NCBI GenBank assembly: GCA_040260805.1
Contig: JBDQPD010000035.1
Span: 1-33,041 of the forward strand
DNA: 33,041 nucleotides
Reading direction: 5' to 3'
Origin: Myxococcota bacterium
Lineage (GTDB): Bacteria; Myxococcota; UBA4151
Shown here: in pieces, positions 17,167 to 26,014 of the stretch
How positions within the stretch are numbered: the first letter of the stretch is position 1
Layout: each line of letters opens with the position of its first letter
The notes under the pieces: generated by a model
Seen by the model: the letters and a program-made list of their open reading frames with translations, nothing else
The model's database searches: none
Told to the model about the DNA's origin: nothing
Made by a program: the position numbers and the translations under genes

Positions 17167-17612
17167 TGCGCGCACTGCTCTTTGGGGCGTTGTGGTGTGT
17201 CGGTTCATGCGCAACAGCGCCTCTTCATATGCCCAATTTCGCGCTCCAGTTTGGAGTCCAAGAGGCGCCAACTGTTTTGCTCATTGCGCCGAGTTGGTCA
17301 GACCGTGGGCTGGCAATGCTTGAACTGATCCGGCGAGCGAAAACGGAGCATGACGAGCTGCAGGTGGTGATGGTGGTCATGGATGATCTGCCGGTCAAGG
17401 CATGGAATGTGGCAGCCAAGGCGCTCAAGGTACCGGGAATTACCCGTCGGAGTCAGGGGCTTGGTTTAGAGCGAAAGCCTTTAGGTCCGATCCGTGAGGT
17501 GCCGGTCGTTTATTGGATTACAAGGGATCAACAAGTGGTTCAACGAGCGGTAGGCTATATCACAGCCGAACTCTTTGACGCGCAGACGCGCCGCTTGCTT
17601 GGGGGGACTTGA
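17166..17612 (+). CDS. Thioredoxin/TlpA-fold lipoprotein lacking CxxC
   Basis: Lipobox VGSC; VLLIAPSWSDRG at the WCxxC position; LQVVMVVMDD; IREVPVVYWITRDQQVVQRAVGY (cis-Pro region). Confidence 0.6.
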   Translation: MRALLFGALWCVGSCATAPLHMPNFALQFGVQEAPTVLLIAPSWSDRGLAMLELIRRAKTEHDELQVVMVVMDDLPVKAWNVAAKALKVPGITRRSQGLGLERKPLGPIREVPVVYWITRDQQVVQRAVGYITAELFDAQTRRLLGGT

Positions 17613-18181
17613 TGGAGTGGTTAGCTCGAGCGGGATGGATGGTTTACCCCATCGGTTTATGCGCTGTGGCGTCGTTGACGCTCTTTCTTGAGCGCTGGTT
17701 TGCCCTTCGTTCTGAGCATGTTTTGCCGAGCCAGTGGCGTCGCCGGGTGCTTCAGGCGCTTAACGATGGTGATGAGCCCAAAGATCTCGAAAGCCAGGCA
17801 GCAGGCAGGATGGTTCTGGCGCGCCAAAATGGCGGTGAGCTGGTTCGTGAGCGTGTCCATGAGATGGGACAGCGCTTAGTCGGTGAGATGGAGCGCGGCA
17901 TCTCCTGGCTTGCGACCATCGCGGCGCTGGCGCCCTTGCTCGGGCTGACCGGAACCGTCCTCGGTATGATCGAGGTCTTCCAACGCATGACGGTTCAAGC
18001 CGGAGCGGATTCTCAAGTGTTGGCGGGCGGTATCTGGATGGCTTTGGTCACCACGGTCCTTGGGATGTTGGTCGCTATGCCGACTTTGGTTCTGCATCGA
18101 CTGCTGCTCGGACGGGTCCAGGCTCGCATCACCGAGCTCGAGGTCTTTGGCGATGAGCTTCTTGGGTCGGATGGCTCATGA
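17612..18181 (+). CDS. exbB: MotA/TolQ/ExbB proton channel family protein
   Basis: LATIAALAPLLGLTGTVLGMIEVF and LAGGIWMALVTTVLGMLVAMP. Start is 17609 (TTG) or 17612 (ATG). Confidence 0.9.
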   Translation: MEWLARAGWMVYPIGLCAVASLTLFLERWFALRSEHVLPSQWRRRVLQALNDGDEPKDLESQAAGRMVLARQNGGELVRERVHEMGQRLVGEMERGISWLATIAALAPLLGLTGTVLGMIEVFQRMTVQAGADSQVLAGGIWMALVTTVLGMLVAMPTLVLHRLLLGRVQARITELEVFGDELLGSDGS

Positions 18182-18561
18182 AGTTTGAGCGCTCGGTAGC
18201 AGCCAAGCCAAACGTCGATCTGACACCGATGCTCGATGTCGTGTTCTTGTTGTTGATCTTCTTTATGGTCAGCACACGGTTCGAGCCGCTGCGCGAGGTC
18301 CCGATTGAGCTGCCCAAAGTGGGCGCCGCTGCGACGCCGCAAGAGGGGAAGAATCGCCGGGTCCAAATGCGCGCTGACGGCGCATTGTTTCTAGACGGCA
18401 AGCCGCTCGAAAAGAGCGACCTAAAGACCGCTCTTGAGTCTGCAGACCGAGTGGTACTCAGCGCCGATAAGGCGGCAAGTCATGGTGTTTTCATGGATTT
18501 ACTGACGACGCTGAGAGCCTTGCCTGTTGAGGCGGTGACCGTCGAAGTCGAAGACCGCTGA
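18178..18561 (+). CDS. exbD: ExbD/TolR family protein
   Basis: VDLTPMLDVVFLLLIFFMVS with the conserved Asp, IELPK and VVLSADK. ATGA overlap with exbB. Confidence 0.92.
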   Translation: MKFERSVAAKPNVDLTPMLDVVFLLLIFFMVSTRFEPLREVPIELPKVGAAATPQEGKNRRVQMRADGALFLDGKPLEKSDLKTALESADRVVLSADKAASHGVFMDLLTTLRALPVEAVTVEVEDR

Positions 18562-18573
18562 GCGAGCCGCTCG

Positions 18574-18894
18574 TTAGCCCAGTATTTTGGGCAGCTTGAG
18601 ACTCAAAGCGAGGTTTCCAGTGACCCGGATTTTACCCAGCATAAAAGCCATCTGAGGGTTGGTCGTACCGGCAACGATCCCTAGGAAATCAGACTCCTTC
18701 ATGGCGATCGTGCAGTCTGCGCCCTCGTCGACCTCTTCTCGGACCCAGTTCGTGTCTGAGGTCAGGTTCACGTTCCATGATCCGCCGCCATCACCATCGA
18801 TGACGAACTGGAAGTTAGCGCCGACTGCTTTCGCAGACTCTGGCGTCAGTTTGGCGGGAAGCGTCTCTTCAAAAAATGTGCGTGCAGTGCTCAT
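18574..18894 (-). CDS. SCP2 sterol/lipid-binding domain protein
   Basis: FQFVIDGDGGGSW, ADCTIAMKESDFLGI, NPQMAFMLGKIRVTGNLALSLKL. Confidence 0.92.
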   Translation of the reverse strand: MSTARTFFEETLPAKLTPESAKAVGANFQFVIDGDGGGSWNVNLTSDTNWVREEVDEGADCTIAMKESDFLGIVAGTTNPQMAFMLGKIRVTGNLALSLKLPKILG

Positions 18895-18902
18895 CGATGT
18901 CC

Positions 18903-20681
18903 CTAGCCGGCGTACATTTCATCGAGATAGGAAGCATACTTCTTCTCGACGATGCGGCGTTTAACTTTAAGCGAAGGAGTCAGCTCATCGCCGGCTTCGA
19001 ATTCAACCGGAACCAGCGCAAACTTTTTGATGGTCGAGTAGCTCGGAAGCCCTGCGTTGACGTTGTCGAAAATGCCCTGAATCAACGCCACCACTTTCGG
19101 GTGTTTGCACGCCTCATTAAGATCGGTCAGCGAGACGCCTTCTGCGGTGGCGAAGGCGTTGATGTTTTCCATATCAAGGGTGACCAAAGCGCTCAGGAAT
19201 TTGCGCTGATCGCCATGGACGACGGCGTGACCGATGTACTGGCTCGCTGCGAGCTCGCCTTCGACCGCTTGGGGAGCGACGTTCTTGCCACCAGCGGTGA
19301 TGATCAGATCCTTCTTGCGATCAGTGATTCGGACGTAACCATCCGGATCAATTTCGCCAATATCACCTGTATGCAGCCAACCATTTTGAATCGTCTCAGC
19401 GGTCGCTTCTTCCATGCGCCAGTATTCCTTCATCACGCCCGGTCCGCGCATCAGAATCTCGCCGTCTTCAGCGATTTTGACTTCCATCCCCGGCAGCGCG
19501 GCACCGACCGTGCCGATCCGCCCTGCGCCGGGTAGGTTGCAGCAGGTCGCAGCGCTGGACTCGGTCATGCCGTAGCCTTCAAGGATCTCGACACCACAGA
19601 AGTGGAAGAACCAGTTGATCTTCTTCGATAGCGGCGCACCGCCGCTGATGAAGAACCGAAGCTGACCGCCGAACTTCTCTTGGAGCCCAGCGCCGATCTT
19701 TTTGTAGACCAGACCTTTAGCGATCGCCCAGCCGAGGCCTTGCGGCGTACCCCCTGCGATCGACACCTCAGCCATCTTTTCGCCGTGATCGAGCGCCCAG
19801 TTGGCGAGCTTACCTGCCAAGCCTTCACCGCCGCGAGCTTTACCCACTGCTGCGGTGTACACCTTCTCAAAGATGCGAGGAACAGCAGCCATCATCGTCG
19901 GCCGGATCGTCGCCATGTCATCGAGCAAGTTGTCGATACCCGTGACCGCCAGGAGATGTCCGGTGCTGTACCAAGAGGCTTTGAGGACCTGGGCGAAGAC
20001 ATGCGCGAGAGGCAAGAAGAGCAGCTGAGTGTCTTCTTGGCTGATGATGTTCGTCTGTTGAATCACGTTGCCTTCGTAGACGAAGTTTTCATGCGTCAAC
20101 ACCACGCCTTTCGGGCGGCCGGTGGTACCTGAAGTGTAAATCAAGCAGCACAGATCGTCTTTACCGATCGAGGCTTCACGCTCTTCGAGCGCCGTTGGGT
20201 TCGCCTCTGCATGAGCAGCGCCCCGTTCAAGGAAGGTATCAAAAGGAATCGACCAGTCTCCATCTCCCTCACCGTCAAAGAGCACCACTCGCCGGACCGA
20301 TGGGATTTGGTCTCGAATGGACTGCAGCTTTTCGAGCTGTTCGCGGTCTTCTGCGAACACCACGCTCAGCTCCGAGTTCGAGATGATGTAAGCGCATTCT
20401 TCTGCGGTGTTGCTTTGATACAAAGTAACGGTGGCAGCGCCAGCAAAGACCGACCCTAAATCAGCCAACAGCCATTCGGGTCGGGTGTTGGACAGCAGGC
20501 CCACACGGTCACCTTTTACGACCTCGTCGGCGAGCAGAGCATTGGCTGCCTTGAGGCCGGTTTGTTCGACCTCTGACCACGTCAGGTCGCGCCAGACATC
20601 GCCGTCTTTAAAGCGCAGGGCGGGACGCCCAGAGAGGCGTGAGGCGGTGTTGTGAAACATTTGATTGAGAGTCTGGCTCAT
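18903..20681 (-). CDS. fadD: Long-chain fatty acid--CoA ligase (AMP-dependent synthetase)
   Basis: IYTSGTTGRPKG, FLPLAHVF, SGGAPL, EGYGMTE, WLHTGDIG, ITDRKKDLIITAGGKNVAP, ELTPSLKVKR. GGAG RBS before ATG 20681. Confidence 0.93.
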   Translation of the reverse strand: MSQTLNQMFHNTASRLSGRPALRFKDGDVWRDLTWSEVEQTGLKAANALLADEVVKGDRVGLLSNTRPEWLLADLGSVFAGAATVTLYQSNTAEECAYIISNSELSVVFAEDREQLEKLQSIRDQIPSVRRVVLFDGEGDGDWSIPFDTFLERGAAHAEANPTALEEREASIGKDDLCCLIYTSGTTGRPKGVVLTHENFVYEGNVIQQTNIISQEDTQLLFLPLAHVFAQVLKASWYSTGHLLAVTGIDNLLDDMATIRPTMMAAVPRIFEKVYTAAVGKARGGEGLAGKLANWALDHGEKMAEVSIAGGTPQGLGWAIAKGLVYKKIGAGLQEKFGGQLRFFISGGAPLSKKINWFFHFCGVEILEGYGMTESSAATCCNLPGAGRIGTVGAALPGMEVKIAEDGEILMRGPGVMKEYWRMEEATAETIQNGWLHTGDIGEIDPDGYVRITDRKKDLIITAGGKNVAPQAVEGELAASQYIGHAVVHGDQRKFLSALVTLDMENINAFATAEGVSLTDLNEACKHPKVVALIQGIFDNVNAGLPSYSTIKKFALVPVEFEAGDELTPSLKVKRRIVEKKYASYLDEMYAG

Positions 20682-20768
20682 GGTGGCTCCGGATCGGTCT
20701 TGATCTTCTTTTATCTGTCGAGTCCGCTGCCTTTGACAGGGGCTCAGTTGGTGCAACGAACAGCTTTG

Positions 20769-20797
20769 GGGCTAAGGGCGGCGGCTTTTCCTGTCAA
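20769..20797 (-). promoter_or_regulatory. Putative sigma70-type promoter for fadD-SCP2
   Basis: Minus strand TTGACA (20797-20792), a 17-nt spacer, then TAGCCC (20774-20769). The same hexamers and spacing precede the tRNA gene. Confidence 0.55.
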
Positions 20798-20867
20798 GAA
20801 CCACGTCGTGCCATGAAAAATACTGACTGCCATGGTAAAGCGCCCTCGGGTTGATAGTGGGAAGCTT

Positions 20868-22301
20868 ATGGTCAGGCTTTGGATCTTTGCGATCGCTTGG
20901 ACACTGGGTTCAGGCTGTGTGGATGACGCGCAGGGTTGTCAAACCGACAACCAGTGCGGTCCGTCGATGGTTTGTCGTTCGTCGTTGTGCGTTGTTCCGT
21001 GCCAAGATGACGCCGTGTGCGGCGATCTTGCGATCTGTACGGAAGGTGAGTGCCAAGCCGGTTGCCGAAGCAACGAACAGTGTCCGCTGGGACAACGCTG
21101 CTCGGAGCTCGCCTGCGTCAACGGGTGCGATGGTCGGGATCGATGTGAGGATTATCAATACTGCTCAGACAATGGCCAGTGTCTCAACGGTTGCGGACGC
21201 GATGGCGACTGCGGAGCCGGCCAGTTTTGCGAAGACAACAAATGTGTACCGATCGGTGGTGGCGTTGACGCGGGTTCGGCTCGCTGTCAGTCCCATGATG
21301 ACTGTCGCGTAGGAGAGTTCTGCGCCCCCGATGGTCGCTGCGCGGTCGGTTGTCGGCCTGGTTTGTGCCCTCGAGGGCAGACCTGTGATGAACAGACCGG
21401 ACGGTGCTCAGGGCAGCCCGAGCCTGAGCCGGACGCGGGGGTCTCGGCAGGAGACGCTGGCGGGTTGGTAGACGCTGGACCACAGATCGATTTTGACGTT
21501 CGATGCGCGCTGAGCTTTGGCGGTAATTCTGTCGAGTCGTTGCAGGTCCGTGCGGACGGGCACGCGAGCGTCGAGCTGATGCCGGAATTCGATGCTGAGA
21601 TTGAATGGACCGTTGAGCGCTCGCCCGGCGGAACCGGGAGCGTGATTTGGAGTGAACCGGTCGATCGAGTTCAACCCGTAGCCTTAGAGCGAGTCGGGGC
21701 TTACGTCCTGCGCGCGACAGCAACCTATGAAGGGGTTTCCGAACATTGCGATTTGGAGGTGGAGGGGCGCGCTCCGCTTCGGGGTTATTGGGTCGAGTTA
21801 GGTTGGGATGGTGACCGAGACCTCGATCTCCACTTCGCGACCGTGCCGAACCAAGAGCCGTGCACGGAAGACCGCCAATGCCGACAAAACCAGCTCCGGC
21901 GTACTCAATGCAATCTAGGGTTCTGCAGCCGCGAGTTTGGCAGCCGTGATGGGCGGGATGGAGACTGCTGGGCGCGTAACGCCAACCCCTTGTGGGGTGA
22001 TCCCAACAACACCGAGACGAACCCGCATTATCTGGGCGATGCGCTGCGCGGCGCAGGGACTGAGAACATCTCGGTCGGCGAGTTAACAGCGGGTTGGAAT
22101 TATCGTCTAGCGCTCAAGGCTTGGGGTGAAAATCCGAATCAAGCCTGGTTGCGTGTTTACCATCAAGGACGAGCTGTCTTTGAGTCTGAGGCGCTTCGCA
22201 TTGCGCCCGAGGAGCCGAACTCTTGGCTCTATCTTGGGCGGCTCGATCGAGAGGGCTACACGCCTATCTTGCAGATGAGTGAAGACCCGCCCAGAAACTA
22301 G
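20868..22301 (+). CDS. Cys-rich repeat lipoprotein with PKD-like and C-terminal 'DLDLH' (YfaP-like) domain
   Basis: Lipobox LGSGC; tandem C-x2-D/N-x2-C-x5-C-x4-C repeats; DAG linker; EIEWTVERSPGG...GAYVLRATAT; VELGWDGDRDLDLH...GAGTENI. Confidence 0.75.
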   Translation: MVRLWIFAIAWTLGSGCVDDAQGCQTDNQCGPSMVCRSSLCVVPCQDDAVCGDLAICTEGECQAGCRSNEQCPLGQRCSELACVNGCDGRDRCEDYQYCSDNGQCLNGCGRDGDCGAGQFCEDNKCVPIGGGVDAGSARCQSHDDCRVGEFCAPDGRCAVGCRPGLCPRGQTCDEQTGRCSGQPEPEPDAGVSAGDAGGLVDAGPQIDFDVRCALSFGGNSVESLQVRADGHASVELMPEFDAEIEWTVERSPGGTGSVIWSEPVDRVQPVALERVGAYVLRATATYEGVSEHCDLEVEGRAPLRGYWVELGWDGDRDLDLHFATVPNQEPCTEDRQCRQNQLRRTQCNLGFCSREFGSRDGRDGDCWARNANPLWGDPNNTETNPHYLGDALRGAGTENISVGELTAGWNYRLALKAWGENPNQAWLRVYHQGRAVFESEALRIAPEEPNSWLYLGRLDREGYTPILQMSEDPPRN

Positions 22302-22303
22302 GT

Positions 22304-23752
22304 CTAGTCGCTTGGGCTTGGTGGCTCTTCGGGAATTTGTACCGATCCAGCGCTGTCATCGATCTCTTCATCGTCAGCTAATCCTTCGATGACTTGCTTG
22401 GCGCCTGACGGGGCTGGCTTCGAGCCGGAACTCGTGGGGCGTGAGCGCACAACAGCTTTGCGTTCGGGCATGAGCAATCGCAAATGGTCGGCGCTGCACG
22501 AGTCGATTCGGTTGAGCCGAGCCGTCAGCCAATCCTCGGGTTTCGTTTTACGCATCGCTGCGTGCGCAAGGACTTTGACGGTGGGGTCTTTGTGCTCAAG
22601 CAGCGCAGTGTACCAGACTCGTTGGTCAAAGCGGTTGGAGTGACGAACCAGCGCTTTGAGAATCGGAACCGGCCATTGACTCGGCAAGACCTTACGAATT
22701 CGGGCACCCGCTAGATCACTAAAGCGCCTCAGCGCAGTCTCTAGGTTTGTGTCGGTTTGCGGTTTGCCTTTGATCAGCCATTTGACCAACGCCTCGTGGT
22801 CGTCTGGCGAGGCTAAGGCAAGTCGCCCCGTCCAGCCCGCTCGACTCACCTGAGGATCATCAAGCTCGCTGATGAAGATGAGTTTTGAGCGCAGTTTCGT
22901 GAAGCCCAGAACCCCAGCGAGCCGAGCCGCTTGTCGTACGTCTGGGTGGTCACTCTTGAGTCGACTTTCGAGGGCTTCAAGAGCCTCATCTCCCCGCAGT
23001 CTCAGAGGCTCAAGGGCGCCAGGGCTGCGGACCATTAATTCTTCGCCTTCGAGCCAGAGACGCTCTCGCTCGGCGTTCGGGCGACGCTTGGTCAGGATCT
23101 GAATCGGTGCGGTCGCTTGATCAGGTAGCTTCTGTCCGACGCTGCGGGCGAGTAAGCGAAGGCTGGAGCTTAGTCGAGTCGGCAAAAGGTCCACGATGCC
23201 TGCATAATCGGCGCTAATTTCCGGAGGTGTTTGTTGGGCAAGATACTCGTAGGGTTGTCGAACTAGCGCCACCACTTCGGGGAGAATCGAGCGCGCATCC
23301 ATCCGGTCCATTCCGCGCATCGCAAGCATATAAGCCTGAAGCGCGTCGCGCTGGCGAGCGAGAATCATTCGGCTCTCAGCTTTGGCAAACAGACCAGCCC
23401 CTGAGCGTTGCAGGCAGGGTACGGTTCGTCTCGCCTTCACCGCCATCAACCGCGCTCGAAGAAGCGATTGTTGAGAGCCGCCTAGCGAGTTCACAACGCG
23501 GCGCGCTAAGCCCTGAAGACGCTTGGTGCTCAGTGGTGTTTGAGTCAGGTGAAGGTAGAGCTTGCAGGCATCATCTAGAGGCGATTTAGCCGCCGGTTTC
23601 GAGCAGATTGGGTGGGGTCCACGACGAAAGAGGATCATCGCCTCAGGAGTCGGTGCCTCGGTGTAAGGTGCCCCCTCGGGCAGCAAAAACGACGACGCTC
23701 CTTGGGGCGCCGGGGCGAGAACCGCCAAGGCAACAACAAGGAGCGACATCAT
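22304..23752 (-). CDS. Hypothetical exported helical (HEAT-like) protein
   Basis: Signal peptide; HEAT-like segments LESRLKSDHPDVRQAA, DDPQVSRA, LLEHKDPTVKVLA; acidic, Pro-rich tail. Confidence 0.55.
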   Translation of the reverse strand: MMSLLVVALAVLAPAPQGASSFLLPEGAPYTEAPTPEAMILFRRGPHPICSKPAAKSPLDDACKLYLHLTQTPLSTKRLQGLARRVVNSLGGSQQSLLRARLMAVKARRTVPCLQRSGAGLFAKAESRMILARQRDALQAYMLAMRGMDRMDARSILPEVVALVRQPYEYLAQQTPPEISADYAGIVDLLPTRLSSSLRLLARSVGQKLPDQATAPIQILTKRRPNAERERLWLEGEELMVRSPGALEPLRLRGDEALEALESRLKSDHPDVRQAARLAGVLGFTKLRSKLIFISELDDPQVSRAGWTGRLALASPDDHEALVKWLIKGKPQTDTNLETALRRFSDLAGARIRKVLPSQWPVPILKALVRHSNRFDQRVWYTALLEHKDPTVKVLAHAAMRKTKPEDWLTARLNRIDSCSADHLRLLMPERKAVVRSRPTSSGSKPAPSGAKQVIEGLADDEEIDDSAGSVQIPEEPPSPSD

Positions 23753-23770
23753 GAAAGCCTGTGAGACAAT

Positions 23771-24832
23771 CTACTTCTTAGGCGCCTCAGCTCGCTTGAC
23801 TTGGTAGCTTGCTTTACCGGCTTCAAAGGAGACGACAGCAGCCATACCGTGGCTGACGCTCTTATCGACCATGCTCCAAGGCGTAGCGTCTGCAGGACCA
23901 GGGTTGAGCACCAACTCTTCGCTGGCTACGCCTGGCTTCACACCCTTGCCGGCTACCGTCGCGCCGCGACCGCCGGCTTCCTTGATGTTTCCTACGATCG
24001 CGAACTTCGTCCCCGTTTCAGCGAGCATCTTGGCGATACGCTCATCGCCAACATTCTTTCCATCGACCATATAGTCGACACCATCAGGGCCAGCCTGGAG
24101 AGGCGAAGCGTGGGCGACGAGCACGCGCAAGCCCGCTGCGTTCTTGAGCAGCGCGCCCGTCTCGTCGATCTCGGCTTGCCCGAACAGGCATGCGCCTGGC
24201 TCGGTGTAGTTCTTACGTCCGTAACCGGGGAGGGTCACAAACGTAATGTCATTGACCTTGACCGAGCGAACTCGATTACCGTTGATGATGTGCGGATGAT
24301 CAGCAGAGACGTTGGTCAAAGCCAGGTCGAAATCACGAGCCAACTCTTTGTTCCCTGAGGTCACTAGGATGGGGACGGTCAACTCGGCGCCGAGCACGCG
24401 CAGGACCGACTCCATCTCTTTTTGACTGTACGCAACGTCACCATTGACCACGACCATTCCTGCACCCGCTCCTTTGATCCAGGCAGAAAATGATTTCAGG
24501 TTGGTGACCGTCTCAGGCAGAAACTCTTTGATGTCACTGATGACCCCCACCGTGAGCTTACCCGAAGCGGCAGCATCACTAGCTGCTGCCATCGAATAGC
24601 CGTCACCTTTAAAGGTCAGGGCGCCGACCGCAAGCTCTCGAGCCTTGCCGCCAGGACTACCGAAGCAGGCTGGGTTTTCAGCCTTCTCCGCGACCACCGG
24701 GGCAGGGGCTTGTTCAGCCTTTGGTTGAGCCGCAGCTGCCGTTTCGGGCTTTGCCGCCTTCGGCTCAGATTTAGTACAAGCGACTCCCGCGAGTGCGAGG
24801 GAGGCGAAAATTGGTAGCCAATTCAGCTTCAT
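23771..24832 (-). CDS. Calcineurin-like metallophosphoesterase-fold lipoprotein with altered metal ligands
   Basis: Lipobox GVAC; motif order GVISDIK / VVNGDVA / TSGNKE / LVAHASP / VGNIKEAGG. Confidence 0.75.
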   Translation of the reverse strand: MKLNWLPIFASLALAGVACTKSEPKAAKPETAAAAQPKAEQAPAPVVAEKAENPACFGSPGGKARELAVGALTFKGDGYSMAAASDAAASGKLTVGVISDIKEFLPETVTNLKSFSAWIKGAGAGMVVVNGDVAYSQKEMESVLRVLGAELTVPILVTSGNKELARDFDLALTNVSADHPHIINGNRVRSVKVNDITFVTLPGYGRKNYTEPGACLFGQAEIDETGALLKNAAGLRVLVAHASPLQAGPDGVDYMVDGKNVGDERIAKMLAETGTKFAIVGNIKEAGGRGATVAGKGVKPGVASEELVLNPGPADATPWSMVDKSVSHGMAAVVSFEAGKASYQVKRAEAPKK

Positions 24833-24976
24833 GAAGCATGGTCTCCGAGGCCCGGCTCATGTCGGGCGCATCGGCCTATAGCAACAAGCGCGGGAGTGGA
24901 AAAGCCAGGCTGAAGTCGCGGTAATTCTGTGCCAGGATTGCGCCGATAGTTCCTATGAGACGGAGACACACCGATC

Positions 24977-26014
24977 ATGTTGCGTAAACAGTTAGAAGAC
25001 CTCGAATCTGATAGCCTTTGTCCGCAGGCCAGCTTGAGCTCAAAAAGCCGCGGCCGTCGGGTCGCCGAAGCGGCAGATCCGATGCGACCGGCTTATCAGC
25101 ACGATCGTGATCGGGTCATACATACCAAGGCTTTCAGGCGTTTGGCCGGCAAGACTCAGGTCTTCCTTGCACCGGTTGGCGACCATTACCGAACGCGTAT
25201 GACGCACACCCTAGAAGTGACTCAGGTGGGCCGAACCATCGCCAGGTCACTCGGTCTCAATGAGATGCTCGTCGAGGCGATTGGTATGGGCCACGATTTG
25301 GGCCACACTCCGTTTGGCCATGCTGGCGAGCGCCACCTAAGAAAACTCATCCCGGGGGGGTTTCATCACGTGCGACAAAGCTTGCGCGTGGTCGAAACGC
25401 TCGCCAGGGGCCGGCGAGGTCTTAACCTTCACGAGGAGGTTCTCGATGGCATCGCCAAGCACAGCAAGGGCCGCGGGCGGCTGATCACAGACAATAAAGC
25501 CTTATTAGCGATGACGCTCGAGGGACAGGTTCTGCGCCTCGCCGACATCATCGCGTACGTGAACCATGATTTTGATGACGCGTGCCGAGCCGGCTTGATG
25601 AAGCCTGACGACTTGCCCGCAGAGATTGAAGCTGTTCTCGGTGACCGTGGGCCGCAGCGGCTCGAGACCTTGGTGATGGATGTGGTCAAGGCGACTCGCG
25701 ACGCGAACCTGGAGCGAGTGATGATGACCGCTGAGGTCTGCGCTGCGCTCGAAGCTTTTCGTGATGTCTTGTACGAACGCGTCTACCTGACGGACGCCGT
25801 CGTGACCTCGTTTGACCGAACGGGGCGCATTTTAGAGTTCTTGTGGGAATACTTCATGTCGGATGAAGAGCGCTTTCGCGCGCAGTACCATGAAGGTGAC
25901 CCTGATGAACCGCATTGGCGGGGGGTCACCGATTTTCTGACCGGGATGACGGATCGTTATGCGATTCGCTTGTTCGAAGAGCTGTTCATGCCACGGTCTT
26001 GGAGTGTCCTTTGA
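24977..26014 (+). CDS. dgt: Deoxyguanosinetriphosphate triphosphohydrolase (dGTPase, HD family)
   Basis: DRDRVIHTKAFRRLAGKTQVF, RTRMTHTLEV, GHDLGHTPFGHAGE, EGQVLRLADIIAY, DFLTGMTDRYA. Confidence 0.95.
   Translation: MLRKQLEDLESDSLCPQASLSSKSRGRRVAEAADPMRPAYQHDRDRVIHTKAFRRLAGKTQVFLAPVGDHYRTRMTHTLEVTQVGRTIARSLGLNEMLVEAIGMGHDLGHTPFGHAGERHLRKLIPGGFHHVRQSLRVVETLARGRRGLNLHEEVLDGIAKHSKGRGRLITDNKALLAMTLEGQVLRLADIIAYVNHDFDDACRAGLMKPDDLPAEIEAVLGDRGPQRLETLVMDVVKATRDANLERVMMTAEVCAALEAFRDVLYERVYLTDAVVTSFDRTGRILEFLWEYFMSDEERFRAQYHEGDPDEPHWRGVTDFLTGMTDRYAIRLFEELFMPRSWSVL

Noticed and set aside
9705..18894. UbiB plus SCP2 as a ubiJ-ubiB ubiquinone locus
   Set aside because: The genes are 7 kb apart in different operons; SCP2 lacks the UbiJ C-terminal extension and is coupled to fadD.
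24977..26014. dGTPase as an anti-phage nucleotide-depletion system
   Set aside because: It looks like the ordinary housekeeping Dgt type, sits in core-gene context, and has no defence or mobile genes nearby.
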